Assembly: GCA_951406725.2 (NCBI GenBank)
Contig: OX597830.1
Coordinates: 31,372,001 to 31,436,000 of the forward strand
DNA length: 64,000 nt
Reading direction: 5' to 3'
Source of the DNA: Octopus vulgaris
Taxonomy: Eukaryota
The notes under the pieces were generated by a model. That model did not search any database. It had not been told where the DNA came from and worked only from the letters and a program-made list of their open reading frames with translations. How positions within the stretch are numbered: the first letter of the stretch is position 1; each line of letters begins with the position of its first letter. The translations under genes and the position numbers were made by a program. Shown here one piece after another: positions 56,957 to 64,000 of this stretch.

Positions 56957-58558
56957 CACACACACATATATACATATATGTAAGCTAATGAGAGTTTAAA
57001 AGGACGAAACATATCAGGAGTTTTCCCACCGTACTAGCAGAAATTATTTATGTAATATTAGTCATAGAGATAATATTGTCTTTTGATTCTATTGCAGAAT
57101 ACTTCGAACAAAGTAATGAAAATAACATGCATTCCATAATCATTATTTTGCTCTCTAAAATTTTGAAATATCGTTGTTTCAAACGCTTCTGTTTTTTTCT
57201 TTTCCTTCTTTGCAAGTATGAAAATGTAATTATAAATGCAAACAAAATATATTTATTCAGTTCAAATGCAAGCGAAATATATTTATATACTTATATTTAC
57301 GTAACCGACCATCAATTGAATTGAAAACATAGAGAAAAACGTTTCTAAGACGAATAGTAATGAAAAAAAAAATCCCGAAAGAACGTTTCTGTAAAATTTG
57401 AAATACTGTTGTTTTAATTTTTTAAGAATTATAATGTCATTTTACATGCAAATACTACGTATTTATTCAGTTATATTTATGTACATGGTCATCATTTGAA
57501 TTGAAAGGAAGCGTTATGAGAAAATGAAACAGTTATAATACTAAAATTTTTCTCACATTATTGTCAGTGTAGCAAACAAAAGAGCACTACATCAAGGCTT
57601 TAATTATTGAATAAATACCAATTTTGCTTTATTAAAAATAAACAGCATCCCATTATACACCCGTACTTATTCAAACCACCCTCTTCACATCATCAAATTT
57701 GTACTCAACAACATTAACTGGAGGATATTTTTGGCGGCGTCAATTGTATAGCAAACAATTGTTGCAGGTATCCGTCTCAGAACCATTTCCTATTTTCTGT
57801 CCCCTACTTTTGGAGTTGTGCGAAAGGATTATGGACGGGTATTCTGCTGTAGAGCCACCTTTTCATTCTTTTCTTGTTTTATATTTCCTCTTGTCTTGGA
57901 GTGGTGTGCAGGCGCAGGTATGGCTGAGTGGTTAAGAGACTCGCTTTGCGACTACGTATATCCAGGTTCAGTTACAATGCGCAGCACCTTCGCAAGTGTC
58001 TTCTGCTATACAACCCTGCATCAAATGATGGCTCGAGGGTGAATTTGATCAATGAAAACTACGGGGTAACGTCCATACATACATACATACATACATACAT
58101 ACATACATACATACATACATACATACATACATACATACATACATACACACATACATACACACACACACACACATACAAACATACATAAAAACATACATAC
58201 ATATAAATGTAAATATATATGTAAGTATATATACAGGCTCATGCATGTGTTTGTATGTACCATGTATGTGCATATGTGTGTGTATGTGTGTGTGTGCTTA
58301 TGCACGCATTTTTAAAAGGTGACATTGGTTCCGTAATTGGCCTTGAAGCAGGCTTTTGGAAGTCTTGTTTATATGTTACTCCAGATCATGGATTGAGTTC
58401 CTTTCCCACTGTTTTATGATATTTCTTTTTTTGTATATTTGAACATATGTTATAACACACATACCATACACACACACACATATACATAGATACACACACA
58501 TATACATACATGCATGCATGCATACATACATACATACATACATACATACATACATACA

Positions 58559-58589
<31 letters not shown>

Positions 58590-58899
58590 GCGTATCGACA
58601 CACTCCCATATGCAATTTCAGGAGCACTTATTTCGAAGTGTTTGGAGAAGCAAAATGCCAAAATGCCAACTAATTAAACACCAAGATAAAGCTGTTTATT
58701 GTATAATTTGTACAATTTAGATTGCGCCCGTGCGCACGTATGCCTGTGTGTATACGTGCGTATATTACTATGTTTGTTTTATGGTTGCAGAATCCTCAAG
58801 GACGGGTGGGGGGTGCGTATAATATATGCAAATACAACTTGCTTTTCGTTTCTGTTGATGTTGCAGTTGTTGTTTTGTGTTGTTGTTGTTGTCATTTGG

Positions 58900-59289
58900 T
58901 AGAACTACTAGAACCTCGGAATAAATGTCTTGCAATGTTCGTTCAGAAACTTTTACATCCTGAGTTCAAATCCCATCCAGGTCGCCCTCGTCTTTTTTTT
59001 TTTTTTGCAGTCCTATCGTGGCCGCAAAACAAACCAGTTACCAGTTGAGCCGCAGGATTTGATCTAAGTGATATAATTCCGTAAAAATTATTGGAATTGT
59101 GCTAAAACTCCATGCCATTTCTAATATTCGGCTGAGTTGTTAGCACTCCTGACGAAATGCCTATCGGCATTTCTTCTAGCTTAACGTTCTGGGTTCGAAT
59201 TCTGCCGAGATCGACTTTGTCATTCTTCATTTTGGGGTCGATAAAATAATTACTACTCGAGTACTAGGATCGATGTAATCGACGAGCCT

Positions 59290-59353
<64 letters not shown>

Positions 59354-60210
59354 TTCAGGCCTTGAGCGTTTAATCAGTTAATTGGCTGGGAGAATCGTTA
59401 GCGTGTCGGACAGTTTGCTTAGCAGCATTTCTTTACGTTGTGAGTTCAAATTCTGCCGTGATCAACTTTGCGTTTCATTCTCACCGGGTCGATAAAATAA
59501 AGTACCCGTTAAATAGTGCGGTCGAAGTAGTCGACTAACCCGTTTCCCTAAATTGCTGACTTTGCATAAAAATTCCTCCTTCTCATCATCATCATCATCA
59601 TCATAACTAGTACTTACCCCGAAAGGATGAAAGGTAAAGTCGACCTCGGGCGGAATTTGAACTCAGAACGTAACGGCAGACGAAATACTGCTAAAATATT
59701 TCGCCTGGCGTGCAAACGTTTCTGCAAGCTCGCCGCCTTATACCAGCTGAGCACTGCTGTCGAAGTAATCGACCAGCTTCTCACCACAAAATTTCACGTC
59801 TTGAACCTTTAGTAGAAAGTAGGCGGCGAGGTTTCAGAGTCGTTATCGCGCAAGACAAATTGCTATGGGATATTTCTCCCGGCTGTAGTATATTTCAAAT
59901 ACTTATTTCTTTACTGCCCTCAAGGGGCTACATACAGAGGGGACAAACAAGGACAGACAAACGGATTAAGTCGATTATATCGACCCCAGTGCGTAACTGT
60001 TACTTATTTAATCGACCCCGAAAGGATGAAAGGCAAAGTCGACCTCGGGCGGAATTTGAACTCAGAACGTAACGGCAGACGAAATACCGGCTACGCCGAC
60101 CACAGAGGTTTACTTTGCTTCTCATCCTTTCGGTGCTGATAAAAATAAAGTACAAACCAATCACCAGGATCGCCCCACAAAATTTCAGGCTTTGAGCTTA
60201 AAGTGGAAGG
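58900..60210. mobile_element. Cluster of several SINE family A-related copies in both orientations
   Basis: B-box/core matches near 58960, 59190 and 59440 (plus) and 59620 and 60020 (minus). Confidence 0.75.
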
Positions 60211-60653
60211 AGTTATATTATTTTTATCGTTGTTGTTAATTTTTTTTGAAGTCTTCTTTGTGTGCGCATGCGTATTTGGAGAATATTTTTTTTTTCAACT
60301 ATGATTATCTCTCTTCTATATTCGATATTTTGCATAATTGTGTGTTTGCTTAGATAGCGCAGCCGGGCCGCTCTTGCTGACTGACTCTTGCATCAATATT
60401 GACATGAATGCAAGTTGCAAGAAGCAAGGGGCAACTGGAAATGTCATATGTGTACGCCTGCTCATTTGCAAGCAGTGGATGGTGGTGATGGTGGTGGTGC
60501 TGGTGGTGCTGGTGCTGGTGCTACTGTTGTCGTTTATTGGTGGTAGTCGAGGTCGAGGTAAGTGTGGAAGTAGTGGTGCTGATGGTGGTGGTGGTGGTGT
60601 TGATGATAAAGGTTGCGATATTGTGTCGATGGCAAGAGGGGTTGAGCCAATGA

Positions 60654-60694
<41 letters not shown>

Positions 60695-60712
60695 AATATA
60701 TGTATGTGTGCG

Positions 60713-60757
<45 letters not shown>

Positions 60758-60775
60758 AAAAAAAGAATATATATT

Positions 60776-60813
<38 letters not shown>

Positions 60814-60896
60814 TATGTGCATGTGTGCGCATATATATAAGTATAAATATATATGCATAAAAATATGTATGTATATATGTACGTGTATGTATGTAT

Positions 60897-60931
<35 letters not shown>

Positions 60932-61511
60932 CTCACACTATCCCCACCATAACACCAGCGCCTAAACCTAACTCTGATAAGACACTGACTTATTTCTCCC
61001 CTTTTCCTTTTCCTTTCCTCTTTCTCCTCCCCTTCCTCCTCCTTCTCCTCCACCCCTCGCTCTCTTCCTCCTCTTCCCTCTTCGGCAGCAAAAACCTTTG
61101 TGCTGAATATGTTGTAATTTTAGCTTCTGTAAAGGTCTTCAGATTTCTAAATAAATCTTTCGGACAATGATGATTGCAAAGGGCAAATTTTGACAAGGTG
61201 TGAAAAGCAAGGGTCACATACATATTCGCTACCAGTTGTCAATGGTCTGATGGGGGCTGGTGGAAATCTTGTTTTTTTTTTTTTCTCCCACCCTATATTT
61301 ACAAACTTTTGGGGTTGTTTAAGTTGTGCCGGTGCCCTGTCCTTTAGGAATATTCTCCTAGTTTACTTGTTTTATTTCTGGGGAGTCAGCACAGGTTTAC
61401 TGTTCGTGGTGGAGTATGCGAGTGAGTTTGTGTGCCAGCGTCTGCGTGTGTAGTTCTGTGTGTGTGTGCGTGTCTGTCTGTGTGTGTGTGTGCCAGCGTC
61501 TGCGTGTGTAG

Positions 61512-61564
<53 letters not shown>

Positions 61565-61675
61565 TGTGCAAGCATCTGCGTGTGTAGCTCTGGGTGTGTG
61601 TGTGTGTGGGAATGTGCAGTTAGCTAATCTAGTTACACAGTGATTTCGTAAATTCTGATAGTCGTTGTATGTATA

Positions 61676-62545
61676 GGCGTAGGAGTGGCTGTGTGGTAAG
61701 TAGCTTGCTTACCAACCACATGGTTCCGGGTTCAGTCCCACTGCGTGGCATCTTGGGCAAGTGTCTTCTACTATAGCCTCGAGCCGACCAAAGCCTCGTG
61801 AGTGGATTTGGTAGACGGAAACTGAAAGAAGCCTGTCGTATATATGTATATATGTGTATATGTGTGTATATATTTGTATGTCTGCCTGTGTTTGTCCCCC
61901 CCCCCCGCCAACATCGCTTGACAACCGGTGCTGGTGTGTTTATGTCCCCGTAACTTAGCGGTTCGGCAAAAGAGACCGATAGAATAAGTACTAGGCTTAC
62001 AAAGACTAAGTTCGATTTGCTCGACTAAAGGCTGTGCTCCAGCATGGCCGCAGTCAAATGACTGAAACAAGTAAAAGAACAAAAGAACAATACATATAGG
62101 CGTAGGCATGGTTGTGTGGTAAGACGTTCACTTCCTCAACAAATGGTTCCTGGTTCAGATCCACTACGTGGCACTCTGAGCAAAACGTTTTCTATTATAG
62201 CTCCGGGCCGGCCAAATATTTCTAAGTGGATTTGGTTGATGGGAAATGTGTGTGTGTGTGTGTATGTGTGTTTGCGTGTGTGCGTGTGTGTTTGTGTGTG
62301 TTTGTGTGTGTATGTGTGTTTGCGTGTGTGTGTGTGTGTGTGTGTGAGACATTGTGTCTGTTTGTCCCCCACCTCAGCTTGACAACTGGTGTTGGTGTGT
62401 GCTTACGTCCTCGAAACAAAGCGGTTCGGCAATAGAAGTAGAAAAAATATGATCACTGAGGAAGGTTCGTTCGGCTAAATATCGCTAAGGCAGTGCTGCA
62501 GCATGGGCTGCAGTCTAATGACTGAAACACATTGAAAGTAAAAGG
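61676..62545 (+). mobile_element. Two tandem SINE family B copies (61676-62088, 62099-62545)
   Basis: Homology to family B; second copy is more diverged. Confidence 0.85.
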
Positions 62546-62717
62546 TGTATATATATATATATATGTGTGTGTGTGTTTATGTGTATGTGTGTGTGTGTGT
62601 GTATGTGTATATATAATATTATATATATATATATATATTACATGTATCATATATTGTGAAATTTGATTTAATATTACTAAACTGAATTTTTCCCTGTAAG
62701 TTTGGAATTATATTCTC

Positions 62718-62765
<48 letters not shown>

Positions 62766-62857
62766 CATTATTATTATTATTATTATATATACACTGTTAA
62801 TATATATATACGCATTGTTTATATATATATATATATATATATACACGCACACACAGA

Positions 62858-63195
62858 GCAAACAAAAGACGAAGACAGTTGAGGGAACAACAAGAAGGTG
62901 TATTAGTTTAACGATCGGGAAGAATGGAAGAGTCTTTGACATCTCGAGCTTTACTCTTTGACAGAAGGGATTGAGAGGTAAAAGAGGGAGAGTGAACGAA
63001 TAAAAATGTGTAAACACATGTGAATCGTTGGTGTTTTGTTTTCGTCTTCTCTTCTATTGGACTTTCCTCTGTTTCCGAAGAAGAGCGTCTGCTCAAAACG
63101 TTAAACCCACTTTCTTTACTTTCTTGAACGTCTGCTAATACATTACATGTACCACGTTCTCGTGTTATTGTTTTTGTTCGTTTTGGGATTTACTA
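62858..63195. mobile_element. Inverted pair of diverged family C-like elements, each with a decayed hammerhead (62933-62967 minus; 63071-63106 plus)
   Basis: GTTTCCGAAGAAGAGCGTCTGCTCAAAACGTTAAAC on plus; CTGTCAAAGAGTAAAGCTCGAGATGTCAAAGA on minus. Confidence 0.6.
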
Positions 63196-63220
63196 TACAT
63201 ATGTACATACATACATGAAT

Positions 63221-63285
<65 letters not shown>

Positions 63286-63353
63286 AAATTACTAAATATG
63301 AAACGGGAGGGATCTAATGGATACAAATTAATTTATTATTTATTTAACATATT

Positions 63354-63457
63354 CACCTACAATTGTTTCATTTCACAACCAAAATTAAAACTACGAAGCA
63401 TGTATAAATATATAATCTTGCAGTTTAAAATACATTGGATGGAAAATCATCAGGGTG
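63354..63457 (-). ncRNA. Type I hammerhead ribozyme with long stem II (left arm of inverted repeat)
   Basis: Reverse complement reads CACC-CTGATGA-TTTTC...GAAAT-GAAAC-AATT-GTA-GGTG; stem I CACC/GGTG is perfect. Confidence 0.82.
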
Positions 63458-63565
63458 TACCAAAGGACAATACAAAGATTATTATGTGACACACATAATA
63501 AACATGATTATATATTCTGAATATTCTAACGGATCACAATGTAGTCCTTGTATTGTCCTTTTGTG

Positions 63566-63669
63566 CACCCTGATGACTTTCCATCCAAGGTATTTTAAAA
63601 TGCAAGAGTATATGTTTATATATGTTTTGTAGTTTTAATTTTGGTTGTGAAACGAAACAATTGTAGGCG
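63566..63669 (+). ncRNA. Type I hammerhead ribozyme with long stem II (right arm of inverted repeat)
   Basis: CACC-CTGATGA(63570)-CTTTC...GAAAC-GAAAC(63654)-AATT-GTA-GGCG. Palindromic stem III ACAATTGT, GUA site, stem I has one mismatch. Confidence 0.8.
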
Positions 63670-64000
63670 AAGATGTTAATTAATCGATAAATTAATTTGT
63701 AACCATTGTATCTCCGTTTTCATACTTAATAATAAGATTTGATATTTTACGATATTTTATATAATATATTCACTGAAAAAATATCTCTTCAAAATACAAT
63801 ATATTAAACAAGTGTATCTTAGTTAAAAATATCCCTAGAAAAGTTCCAAATAACCTCCTATTGACTATATATATATATATGTATATATTATAGGTGTTAG
63901 GGTAAATTCATCTGTCACCTCTTCAAGAACATCTGTTTATTCCATTATTACGATCCAGCGAATGGAACACGTGTGATGGTGGATAAATAATACCAAAATA

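Larger units (their letters stand above)
63289..63732. repeat. Imperfect ~200-bp-arm inverted repeat with one hammerhead per arm
   Basis: Arms ~63289-63489 and ~63534-63732 align as reverse complements with scattered mismatches. Confidence 0.9.

Noticed and set aside
63905-63980. Further hammerhead near the window end (GGAACACGTGTG)
   Set aside because: Palindromic stem III-like sequence is present but there is no CUGAnGA core and GAAA is incomplete.

Overview
Eukaryotic, non-genic (intergenic or intronic) DNA, very probably from an octopus (inferred from extreme microsatellite density plus cephalopod-type tRNA SINEs). I can support no host gene exon; nearly all listed ORFs are microsatellite translations. 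Between the simple repeats is a patchwork of mobile-element pieces: two abundant tRNA-derived SINE families (dozens of copies), R4/Dong-, Tx1- and RTE-type LINE fragments, a Helitron, a Merlin-like MITE and hAT relics. The main signal the ORF track misses is a dense set of type I hammerhead ribozyme motifs from at least five unrelated short elements. They have palindromic stem III, some have a very long stem II or a U4->C core variant, several sit in long fold-back inverted repeats, and most lie just upstream of a (TA)n tract. Three decayed Penelope-like GIY-YIG endonuclease relics lie nearby. This points to a Penelope-derived, ribozyme-bearing, microsatellite-associated element system. All calls were made by eye; element boundaries are approximate unless TIR/TSD coordinates are given.
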